DNA from: an uncultured Alphaproteobacteria bacterium
GTDB taxonomy: Bacteria > Pseudomonadota > Alphaproteobacteria > Reyranellales > Reyranellaceae
Direction: 5' to 3'
Assembly (NCBI GenBank): GCA_963766285.1
Contig: CAVXZJ010000010.1
Coordinates: 74,250-138,249 of the forward strand
DNA: 64,000 nucleotides
Shown here: one piece after another, positions 51,333 to 59,649 of the stretch
Layout of the letters: the number at the start of each line of letters is the position of its first letter
How positions within the stretch are numbered: position 1 is the first letter of the stretch
Notes under the pieces: generated by a model
Seen by the model: only the letters and a program-made list of their open reading frames with translations
What the model was told of the DNA's origin: nothing
Database searches by the model: none
Program-made: the position numbers and the translations under genes

Positions 51333-52306
51333 CACGCCACTTTCTCGAGCTTCTGCAGCGACCGCAGGAACTTCGGCACAGGCACGCCGGGATGCGTGCT
51401 CGGCCAATTGGTGTAGCTCACTTCACCGACATAGATGCTGCCTTGAGAATCGACGGCAAGCCCGTGCGGCGAGAGAAACTTGCCGGGCTCCTGGCCAGGC
51501 CCGTCCTGGCCGCCCAGCCGCGCGATCGTCTTGCCCTTGGCGTCGACGATCGACAGGCGAGGGCCGATGTTCTTGTGGTTCGTGTTGACCGGCATGCCCG
51601 GTCCCAGCTCGCCGATGATGAATTGCGGATGCCCCCCGCGCCCTTGGCCGCCGCAGCAATAGAGCGCGCAAGGCCGGTGCATGTTGTTCCACTGCGCCTC
51701 GTACTTGCCGTTGCCGTCGAACACCTGCACGCGATGGTTCTCGCGGTCGGCGACATAGACCCAGCCGTCCTCGTCGGCGACGACGTTGTGCACGATGTTG
51801 AACTCGCCGGGATCGGTGCCGGTCGTTCCCCAGCACATCAGGTGCTTGCCGTCGGGAGAGTATTTGTGGACGCGGCTGTTGCCGTAGCCGTCGGAGACGT
51901 AGATCTCGCCCTTGGGCGACAGCGCCGTATGGGTACAGCGGTTGAACGGCTTGCCGCTCAGGAAAGGGGCGGGCTGGTTGGGCACGCCGATGGTCAGCAG
52001 CACCTTGCCCTCGGTGGTGATCTTGCGGACCGTATGGTCGCCGTCGTCGGTGCAGTAGAGCGTGTCGTCGCTGTCGATGTGCAGGCCATGCGCCCTGGCG
52101 AACAGGCCTTCGCCCCACGAGCGCAGGAAGGTGCCGTTGCGCTCGAACACCATCATCGGGTGCTGGCCGCGGTTGAAGACATAGACGCGGTCCTTGCTGT
52201 CGACGGCAACCGCCGCGACATCTCGGAACTCCCAGCCGTCGGGCAACCTGGCCCAGTTTTCGACCACGCGGTAGCGATGCTCTCCGCTTCCCAGGATCAC
52301 GCTCAT
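51332..52306 (-). CDS. NHL-repeat protein, peptidyl-alpha-hydroxyglycine alpha-amidating lyase-like
   Basis: AVDSKDRVYVFNRG, AHGLHID, YVSDGYGNSRVHKY, YVADRENHRVQVFD, PHGLAVDSQG. Confidence 0.88.
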   Translation of the reverse strand: MSVILGSGEHRYRVVENWARLPDGWEFRDVAAVAVDSKDRVYVFNRGQHPMMVFERNGTFLRSWGEGLFARAHGLHIDSDDTLYCTDDGDHTVRKITTEGKVLLTIGVPNQPAPFLSGKPFNRCTHTALSPKGEIYVSDGYGNSRVHKYSPDGKHLMCWGTTGTDPGEFNIVHNVVADEDGWVYVADRENHRVQVFDGNGKYEAQWNNMHRPCALYCCGGQGRGGHPQFIIGELGPGMPVNTNHKNIGPRLSIVDAKGKTIARLGGQDGPGQEPGKFLSPHGLAVDSQGSIYVGEVSYTNWPSTHPGVPVPKFLRSLQKLEKVA

Positions 52307-53997
52307 TGCATCACGCTCGCGATCTTTTCCGCCGTCATCAGGGTCGGAAAGTTGGTGTTGGCACAGGGCACGATCGGGAAGACCGAGGCATCGACGACCC
52401 TGAGGCCCTGGACGCCCTTGACCCTGCCCTGGGTGTCGACGACCGCCATCGGATCGTCGGCGCGGCCCATGCGGCAAGTACAAGAGGCATGCCATACGCC
52501 AATCGTGTTCTTCCGGACGAACTCCTCGAGCGCGTCGCCGTCGGTCATGACCTGGTCGAAGGTGAATCCCTCGACCACGAAATTCTCGATCATGTAGCGG
52601 CGCAACGCCTGCGGTCCGTCGAGCAGCCGGGCGATCACGGCGGTCAGGAGCCTGTTCTTGTCGTTGACCACGCCGATCTTGCGGACCTTGTCGGTGTAGG
52701 ACGCCGGGAAGGGCGTGTCGGCCACGGCCTTCACCATGTCGGTCATCTGCAGGGCGGCCATTTTGCGGAAGCCGAACATCAGCCGGTCGACGTCGCGGCG
52801 ATCGGACAGCAGGTTGAATTCGACCGTCGGTTCGGCGCGCGCATCACGCGAGGCGAGCTTGACCTGGCCGGTCTCCGAGTAGGTGCGGTTGATGAAGGTC
52901 AGCAGCGAGGCGATCTGCTCGCCGACCGCGTGCCATGCCGACTTGTTGACCACCGCGGTGAACATGTCGCCCTGGGGAATGCCCGGCAGGCCCGAGGAAT
53001 AGCGGATGCCGAGCTGGATATGCCGGCGCGTATGCTCGTTCATGCGCGCGCCCCGCTTCATGAACGACGACAGCGAGATCGACGGATGATCCATCAGGCG
53101 CTGGCCGACGCCTTCGAGGGCGGCGACGACGGGAATGCCCATGTCGTTGAGATGACCGGCCGGACCGATGCCGGCGCGCAGGAGATGCGCAGGAGAATGG
53201 ATGGCGCCGCAGGACAGGATCACCTCGCCGGCGCGAAACTCGGTCTCTTTGCCCGCGACCATGGCGGTGACGCCGACGCAGCGCGTGCCCTCGAGCAGCA
53301 GCGCCTTCACCTGGGTGTCGGTCGAAATGGTGAGGTTGGGCCGCTGGCGTGTCGCGGCATCGAGGTAACCCATTGCCGCGGAGACCCGCTGTTCGGACGC
53401 ATTCGAATGGGTCACGGGAAAGTAGCCGTCGATGAACTCGCCGTTCTGGTCGGGCACGAAATTCATGCCGGCCTGCCGGCAGGCTTCGGCGACGGCGGAT
53501 GCGTATCGGGTCCAGTGTTCGACCGGAATGCGGCGCACCGGGATGCGGCCGTCCTGCCCATGGTACGGACCGTCGAAATCGAGATCGCGCTCGACCTTCT
53601 TGAAGAACGGCAGCACGTCGTCCCAGCCCCAGCCGTCGGCGCCGCGCTTCACCCATTCGGCGTAGTCAGTCGGCGCGCCGCGATTGGCCATCTGGCCATT
53701 GATCGAGGAGCCGCCGCCCAGGACGCGCGCCTGCTCGTACTTGCGCAGTGGTGGCCGGTTCTCGTGCGGATTATTGTGAGAGACGACCTGGGTCGTGACT
53801 TTGAGCTCGGTCCAGTGAAAACGGGGATCGAAATAGGCCATGCCGGAATAGGAGTCGCGGATCTCCGGCGGCTCCTGACCGGGCGGCGTATCCTGGCCCG
53901 CCTCGCACAGCAGCACCTTGCAGGCGCTGCGCGCCGAGAGCCGGTTCGCCATGACCGAGCCGGCCGAGCCGCCGCCCACGATGATATAGTCGTACAA
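52303..53997 (-). CDS. GMC oxidoreductase (likely TTG start)
   Basis: YDYIIVGGGSAG, ARVLGGGSSING, GVGQRLMDH, WHASCTCRMG, NTNFPT. Confidence 0.92.
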   Translation of the reverse strand: MYDYIIVGGGSAGSVMANRLSARSACKVLLCEAGQDTPPGQEPPEIRDSYSGMAYFDPRFHWTELKVTTQVVSHNNPHENRPPLRKYEQARVLGGGSSINGQMANRGAPTDYAEWVKRGADGWGWDDVLPFFKKVERDLDFDGPYHGQDGRIPVRRIPVEHWTRYASAVAEACRQAGMNFVPDQNGEFIDGYFPVTHSNASEQRVSAAMGYLDAATRQRPNLTISTDTQVKALLLEGTRCVGVTAMVAGKETEFRAGEVILSCGAIHSPAHLLRAGIGPAGHLNDMGIPVVAALEGVGQRLMDHPSISLSSFMKRGARMNEHTRRHIQLGIRYSSGLPGIPQGDMFTAVVNKSAWHAVGEQIASLLTFINRTYSETGQVKLASRDARAEPTVEFNLLSDRRDVDRLMFGFRKMAALQMTDMVKAVADTPFPASYTDKVRKIGVVNDKNRLLTAVIARLLDGPQALRRYMIENFVVEGFTFDQVMTDGDALEEFVRKNTIGVWHASCTCRMGRADDPMAVVDTQGRVKGVQGLRVVDASVFPIVPCANTNFPTLMTAEKIASVMQ

Positions 53998-54111
53998 GGT
54001 CGTTTCCCCGTTTTGTTGCCGACACGCTAGCACGGCTGCGGGGAAAAGCGACGGCGCCTTGCCGGCTTCGATGGAGCCTGCAATCGTGGCTTCTCACCGA
54101 GGAGGTTTCGT

Positions 54112-54522
54112 ATGCCGGACATCACAACCGCAAACAGCGACGTCGCCACGCCGGAACTGATGAAGGCGATTTCAGCGGCCTTCAACAGCCGCGATGTCGA
54201 CCGGATCGCCGCCTTCTTCACCGAGGACGCCACCTTCTGGCTGGCGCGCGGTCCGGAGCCGGTCGGCCGCACCCTCAAGGGCCGCGAGACGATCCGCAAG
54301 ACACTGGCCGATCGTTTCAAGGTGATCCCCGACATGCGCTGGGACCACAAGGAATACATCTACGCCGGCAACCGGGCGATCTCGGTATGGACCGTGCGCG
54401 GCAAGGGCGCAGACGGCGAAGACCTGAATTATCAGGGCTGCGACATCTACACATTCCGCGGCGGAAAGATCTCGGCCAAGGATACCTACTGGAAGCTCGT
54501 GGAGAGCAAGGACCGTCTCTGA
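54112..54522 (+). CDS. SnoaL-like / NTF2-family protein
   Basis: AFNSRDVDRIAAFFTEDA, GCDIYTFRGGKISAKDTY. Confidence 0.88.
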   Translation: MPDITTANSDVATPELMKAISAAFNSRDVDRIAAFFTEDATFWLARGPEPVGRTLKGRETIRKTLADRFKVIPDMRWDHKEYIYAGNRAISVWTVRGKGADGEDLNYQGCDIYTFRGGKISAKDTYWKLVESKDRL

Positions 54523-54593
54523 AGACGCCAAAACGCCCCAATTGGCGGGCAACACATCCTTCCTGCCGGCGTTTGTCTGCCAGGAGGCCCGTA

Positions 54594-54833
54594 ATGAATC
54601 GCATCTTGCTCGTCATCGCGCTCGCCACCGTCGCGGGCACGGCAATGGCCCAGGAAGCAGAAACCGATCCGGCCGCCACGGCTGCCCGGCAGGAAATCGA
54701 ACGGTCGGGTTATCGCGACGTTCGCGGCTTGGCGCAGGATTCGGACGGCGTCTGGCACGGTCGCGCCCTTCGCGGCGATACGGAAATGCAGTTGCTCGTG
54801 GATCCGGACGGCAAGGTGTCGGTCAATCGATGA
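54594..54833 (+). CDS. Small secreted PepSY-like protein
   Basis: Signal peptide; IERSGYRDVRGL..DSDGVWHGRA...VDPDGKV; AGGAGG RBS. Confidence 0.75.
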   Translation: MNRILLVIALATVAGTAMAQEAETDPAATAARQEIERSGYRDVRGLAQDSDGVWHGRALRGDTEMQLLVDPDGKVSVNR

Positions 54834-55087
54834 AGAGCGCGCTTCTTCTGGTGACGATGACGGTCGCGGCACTGCCGGCCGCGGCCCAGACCCGCGCGCC
54901 GGCTGCGGCGAACCAGACCAACGCGGGCGGGACGGCCACCGTGCAGTCGCACATGAAGTCACTGGGCTACAAGGACATCCATGACCTGCGTCAAGGGCCT
55001 GACGGTCAATGGATCGGCAAGGCCACCCAGAACGGCGTCGAGCACACAGTGACCGTCGAGCCGAACGGAACGACCACCGCGCGCTAA
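54830..55087 (+). CDS. Small secreted PepSY-like protein
   Basis: Signal peptide; MKSLGYKDIHDL..GPDGQWIGKATQNG...VEPNG; ATGA overlap with the upstream gene. Confidence 0.75.
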   Translation: MKSALLLVTMTVAALPAAAQTRAPAAANQTNAGGTATVQSHMKSLGYKDIHDLRQGPDGQWIGKATQNGVEHTVTVEPNGTTTAR

Positions 55088-55173
55088 AGTTCCTTTCGAA
55101 CGAGCGCCGCGCCCTCTGCGAGCGCTTTCAACTTTCCGAACGCCGTCGCACGCGGCAGATACTTCATGCCGCA
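55084..55173 (-). pseudogene. Displaced 3' end of the MetE-like gene
   Basis: Encodes CGMKYLPRATAFGKLKALAEGAALVRKEL*, homologous to the current tail CGMKYLSRATAYGKLAALVEGTRIVRRELS* at 57631-57723. Confidence 0.88.
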
Positions 55174-55190
55174 AATTTCACCGCCAATAA

Positions 55191-55290
55191 AATCAATGAG
55201 TTACAGGGTGATGGGACAAAGGTGGGACCGATATTGCACGCCACAATTTCTGTCATCCAAATAATCAATGACTTACTGGGTGGTGGGACA
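55191..55290. repeat. 28-bp imperfect direct repeat at the island end
   Basis: AATCAATGAGTTACAGGGTGATGGGACA (55191) vs AATCAATGACTTACTGGGTGGTGGGACA (55263), 25/28 identical. Confidence 0.8.
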
Positions 55291-55305
55291 ATTTCCTGGT
55301 GCGCG

Positions 55306-56261
55306 CTAGAGCGGATTCCGATTGGGTAGACCATAGCCAGCGTTGATGAAGTAGTTTTCACATTCGTTGGAGCTGAAGTGTTGGAGGAGTTGGCCGACGG
55401 CGTCCCACAGTGTGCTGATGGTGCGTGCGGCGGCTTTGCGCAGCAGGGCTTTGAGCTTGGCGAAGACCTGTTCTATCGGATTGAGGTCCGGACTGTACGG
55501 CGGCAGGTAGAGAAGATGGGCGCCGACAGCCTCGATCGCGATGCGCACGCCGGCACCCTTGTGGGAGCCCAGATTGTCCATGACGACGATATCGCCGGCG
55601 GCCAGGGTCGGAACCAGGAACTGCTCGACATAGGCGGTGAAGGTCTCGCCGTTGATTGGTCCGTCGATGACGCACGGCGCGGTGATGGCATCGCGGCGCA
55701 GGGCGGCGAGGAAGGTGCTGGTCGTCCAATGCCCGTGCGGTACCGAGGCAACCAGGCGCTGGCCACGTGGAGCACGGCCGTAGGGCCGTGCCATGTTCGT
55801 CTTCACCCAGGTCTCGTCGATGAAGACAAGGCTCGCCGGAGTCAGGTCCGGCTGGGCCTCTCGCCAGATCGCGCGCGAGGCGGCAACGTCCGGCCGCTCT
55901 TGCTCGGCAGCATGGAGCGTCTTTTTTTACGCGTCAGCCCGAGCGCCTCCAGATAGCGGTGGAGCGATGTGCGGCCCACCGTGATCCCCTCGACCATCAA
56001 CTGATCCCGCAGCTCGTCGAGTGTGTGATCGGGATGGTTCGACACCAGGTGGCGCACCAATGTCCTATGCGGTGCCAGCACGAACGATTTCTTGGCCCCC
56101 TTGGACGGCGCCACGCTCCCCGTTCGCTTCCAGTGCCGTATAAGCTTGATCGCGCAGCTCTCGCTGACGGCGAACCGCTTGGCCGCCGCCCGGCGCGATA
56201 GACCGTTCTCAACCGCCACGACAATCCGCTTGCGAAGATCCAAGGAAAGGGCTCGGGCCAT
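55306..56261 (-). CDS. IS630 transposase, orfA/orfB joined by a -1 frameshift
   Basis: MARALSLDLRKRIV HTH; A7 run at 55922-55928; VFIDETWVKTNM, VMDNLGSHK, LPPYSPDLNPIEQVFAKLK. Confidence 0.93.
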
Positions 56262-56357
56262 TCATGCTGGCCTCCTGCGATCCAGCCCTAAGCTTAAATC
56301 ACACTTCGAGACCAAACGGAATCAACTTCCGAGTCCTCCAAACAGGAATGTGCTCTA
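55307..56357 (-). mobile_element. IS630-family insertion sequence
   Basis: TA duplication at both ends; terminal inverted repeats TAGAGC(GG/AC)ATTCC. Confidence 0.92.
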
Positions 56358-56420
56358 GCTTTTCAAATCGGATAGCGGACGTGAGGTGGCCATCACGAAA
56401 CCGACCTGCTAGAAGTCTAC

Positions 56421-57401
56421 CTAGAGCGTGAGATTGCCGTAGTCGTGGGTGTATTCACCCGCCTGAAAATCTCCCAACCGTTGGTTTATGCTCTTGCCCG
56501 GCCAAAGATAGTCGACCCGCTTCTCTGCCGGCCAATAAACTGCCGTGTACACTGTAGGAAACGACGCTCTGCGCGAATAGAGAGGCGGTGACTGGAAGCT
56601 CTCAATGAGCTGCGAAAGCGTTAATCCAGGTTGTGACAGACGACGGGCAAGTGCGTCGCGGCGTTCAACCGTTAGATTTGCGGCGGCGTTTGTCGGCCAG
56701 ACAACGTGCTCCTGATGATTGGTGCAGATGGGTTCGGTCGTTACCAATGGTGTTCGGTCAGGACCGAGGAATAGCGTCGCGAAGCGTCCCGACTTGTCGA
56801 GCAACGTCACATTTTGCGATTGAGCAATGGGAACCCGGCTCAGCGCTACGATGGCTTCGCTGACGTTCCGGCAAGTCTCCAGAACGTAGCGTAGGATTAT
56901 GATGATTGCGAAACCACGCCCCTGCGCAGGGCTACCTCCAAACGTCAGGCTTGCAACAAGTCCGTCCTCGTTCATTCCATCGAGACAACCTCCCCAGGGT
57001 CGCTGCGACTTTGAAATCACTTCGCGCCCGAACCACGCCGTAGACTCGAAGCGGTCGGTGACAATATCCAGACTGAAATCGTAGTTGCGCACGAGCGCGG
57101 GGCCGCAGTTGCCGAGCCAGACGGCGTGACTGCACCCGCTAACTTCGGGCGATGGACGATAGTGGCTTAGAATTTGATGGGCGCGCTCGTCGTCACCGAC
57201 CATGTCGCATACACGATCATAGTGTGGCAGCAGCTCGGGCATATGGTTGAACAGGGCTGCTCGGCATTCAATGGCCGAGGGTGGAGTAGCTCGCCCAGCC
57301 CCCAAGTACCACTGCTCGGTCTCTGCGCGGCCAGCCACGAAGCGTCTGAGCCAATCATGGTCGGGCTGACTTTCGCGAGCGAATATAAAGCGCTTAAGCA
57401 T
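56421..57401 (-). CDS. C45-family Ntn cysteine hydrolase (acyl-CoA:6-APA acyltransferase-like)
   Basis: SGCS nucleophile context, LVRNYDF, GCLDGMNEDGL, RYVLETC, CTNHQ. Confidence 0.85.
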   Translation of the reverse strand: MLKRFIFARESQPDHDWLRRFVAGRAETEQWYLGAGRATPPSAIECRAALFNHMPELLPHYDRVCDMVGDDERAHQILSHYRPSPEVSGCSHAVWLGNCGPALVRNYDFSLDIVTDRFESTAWFGREVISKSQRPWGGCLDGMNEDGLVASLTFGGSPAQGRGFAIIIILRYVLETCRNVSEAIVALSRVPIAQSQNVTLLDKSGRFATLFLGPDRTPLVTTEPICTNHQEHVVWPTNAAANLTVERRDALARRLSQPGLTLSQLIESFQSPPLYSRRASFPTVYTAVYWPAEKRVDYLWPGKSINQRLGDFQAGEYTHDYGNLTL

Positions 57402-57630
57402 TTGTCGAGGATAGTCCGGTCAGGCCATGTCCGCCATCGAGGGCAAAGCGGGCTCGTTGCGACCATCACGAAATCGAGGCTCGTGTCACATAGCGTCATT
57501 TCGCGGTGCGGCGGAATTTGGTCGCTATCGGGCATAGGGCCGCCGTCTTTCGGTCGAGGTGGGACAGTTTGAGACGAAACGACCACGAGCCCCGGCGAGC
57601 CCCAGCGAGCAAAAGTGGGACTGTCCCACC

Positions 57631-58662
57631 CTATGACAGCTCACGTCGGACAATGCGGGTGCCTTCAACTAGGGCAGCGAGTTTCCCGTATGCGGTCGCG
57701 CGGCTTAAATACTTCATGCCGCAGTCGGGCGCCGGCAGCAGCTTGTCCGGCGACAGATATTTCAGCCCCGCGCGGATACGCTCGGCGATCTTCTGCGGTG
57801 TCTCGATCTCGGGATCGCTGAGGTCGATCACGCCCAGCATGACCTTCTTGGGCGCGAGATCCTTCAGTACGCCGAGGTCGATTTTGGGCTGTGCCAATTC
57901 GATCGAGATCTGCTGGGCGATCGTGTCGGAGAGTTGCGGCAGGAATGAATAGCCGGTGGGCTTGAGGCCGGTGACGACGGCGGCATAGCCGAAGCACAGA
58001 TGCACGACGGTCGGCACCGTGATGCCCTGCAGCGCGCGGTTGATCGCCTTCACGGCGTAGCGGCTGGCCTCTTCGGGATTGTTGCGCAGCCATGGCTCGT
58101 CGAGCTGGATCACGTCGGCGCCGGCCTTCACCAGGTCGAGCGCCTCGGCGTTCACCGCAGCGGCGTAGTCCATGCACATCTCTTCATTGTCCTTGTAGAA
58201 CTCGTTCTTCACCTGCTGGCCCATGGTGAAGGGGCCGGGCAGGGTGATCTTGGCGAGCTTGGCCGTATTGGCGCGCAGGAACTGCATGTCGCGCAGCTCG
58301 ACGGGACGGGTGCGCCTGATCTTGCCGACGACGCGTGGCACCGGCGTCCTGTTGCCGCCGCGATTGACCAGCTCGAACGGATGTTCGTCGTCGACGCCCT
58401 CGAGCGCCGTCGCGAACCGGTTGGAATAGCTTTCGCGCCGGATCTCGCCGTCGGTCACGATGTCGATGCCGGCCCGTTCCATGTCGCGGATGGCCAGCAG
58501 CGTGGCGTCGTCCTGCGCCTGCTCGAGATAGGCTTCGTCGACCCTCCACAGTTCCTTGTAACGCGTGCGCGGCACGATCTTGCTCAGCATCGCGCGGTTC
58601 ACCAGCCAGTCGGGCTGGGGGTAGGAGCCGACGACGGTCGTCTGCAGCAGAGGCTCGGCCAT
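57631..58662 (-). CDS. Cobalamin-independent methionine synthase, short MetE-like catalytic domain
   Basis: TTVVGSYPQP, GIDIVTDGEIRR, IQLDEP, VHLCFG, APDCG. Confidence 0.92.
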   Translation of the reverse strand: MAEPLLQTTVVGSYPQPDWLVNRAMLSKIVPRTRYKELWRVDEAYLEQAQDDATLLAIRDMERAGIDIVTDGEIRRESYSNRFATALEGVDDEHPFELVNRGGNRTPVPRVVGKIRRTRPVELRDMQFLRANTAKLAKITLPGPFTMGQQVKNEFYKDNEEMCMDYAAAVNAEALDLVKAGADVIQLDEPWLRNNPEEASRYAVKAINRALQGITVPTVVHLCFGYAAVVTGLKPTGYSFLPQLSDTIAQQISIELAQPKIDLGVLKDLAPKKVMLGVIDLSDPEIETPQKIAERIRAGLKYLSPDKLLPAPDCGMKYLSRATAYGKLAALVEGTRIVRRELS

Positions 58663-58670
58663 GTATGCTC

Positions 58671-59627
58671 CTATTGCGCCTTGATGCCGGCAGCCTTCAC
58701 CAGCTCGCCATTTTCGGCGAGCTCGCGCACGACGAGCGCGTCGAATTCGGCGGGCGTGGTCGGCGCGGGATCGGCACCAACCTTGGCCAGCCGCTCCTTG
58801 ACTTCGGGCAGGGCGAGCACGGCGACCAGTTCCTTGTTCAGCCGTTCGATCGCCGCCGGTGGCGTCCCGGCCGGCGCGAACACGCCCGCCCAGTAGTTGT
58901 AGGCGCTGCCCTTGTAGCCGGCTTCCTCGGTCGTCGGCACATTGGGCAGCACCGAAGCCCGTGCCGGGCTGCCGACCGCCAGAGCCATCAACCGCCTGTC
59001 GTTCACGATCGACAGCGCCGATACCACCGGCGAGAAGAAGTAATCGACCCGGCCTCCCATCACGTCGTTCAGTGCTTCGGGCGTGCCTTTGTACGGCACA
59101 TGCAGGACGTCGATCCTGGCCGCGACCTTGAACTTCTCTCCGTTCATGTGAGTGGCGCTGCCGATGCCGGCCGAGGCGAACGACATCTTGCCCGGCTGTG
59201 CCTTGGCCTGGTTCACCAGGTCGGCCACGGTCTTCCAGCCTTTGTCGGGCGACACGACCAGCACATTGGGCTGGCGGGCGATGATGGTCACGCCCATCAA
59301 GTCCTTGGCGGTGTCGTAGGGCAGCTTCTCGTAGATCCAGGGATTGACGGTGTGACCCGACGAATTGACCAGCAGCGTGTAGCCGTCGGGTGCGGCCTTG
59401 GCGACCTGGGCCGCGGCGATGGTGCCGCCGGCGCCGGGCCGGTTCTCGATGATCACCGGTTGGCCCAGCCGCTCGGACAGCTCGTTGGAGACGGAGCGCG
59501 CCATCACGTCGGTCGCGCTGCCCGGCGTGAAGGCCACGATGATGTGAACCGGCTTTTGCGGCCAGGTTTGTGCCTGGGCCGTGGTGGCGAAGAGCGCAAG
59601 ACCTGCCGCGGCAATCAAGAGACGCAT
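58671..59627 (-). CDS. Bug/TctC substrate-binding protein
   Basis: VAFTPGSATD, IENRPGAGGTI, PDGYTLL, HVPYKG, LPNVPT..E.G, APAGTP. Confidence 0.92.
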   Translation of the reverse strand: MRLLIAAAGLALFATTAQAQTWPQKPVHIIVAFTPGSATDVMARSVSNELSERLGQPVIIENRPGAGGTIAAAQVAKAAPDGYTLLVNSSGHTVNPWIYEKLPYDTAKDLMGVTIIARQPNVLVVSPDKGWKTVADLVNQAKAQPGKMSFASAGIGSATHMNGEKFKVAARIDVLHVPYKGTPEALNDVMGGRVDYFFSPVVSALSIVNDRRLMALAVGSPARASVLPNVPTTEEAGYKGSAYNYWAGVFAPAGTPPAAIERLNKELVAVLALPEVKERLAKVGADPAPTTPAEFDALVVRELAENGELVKAAGIKAQ

Positions 59628-59649
59628 GAATTCCCCTTTCAGTTGCTCT

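Larger units (their letters stand above)
55159..57723. mobile_element. Integrase-less integrative island inserted in the MetE-like gene
   Basis: 15-bp direct repeat ATACTTCATGCCGCA at 55159 and 57709; GGTGGGACA motifs near both ends; AT-richer cargo. Confidence 0.8.
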
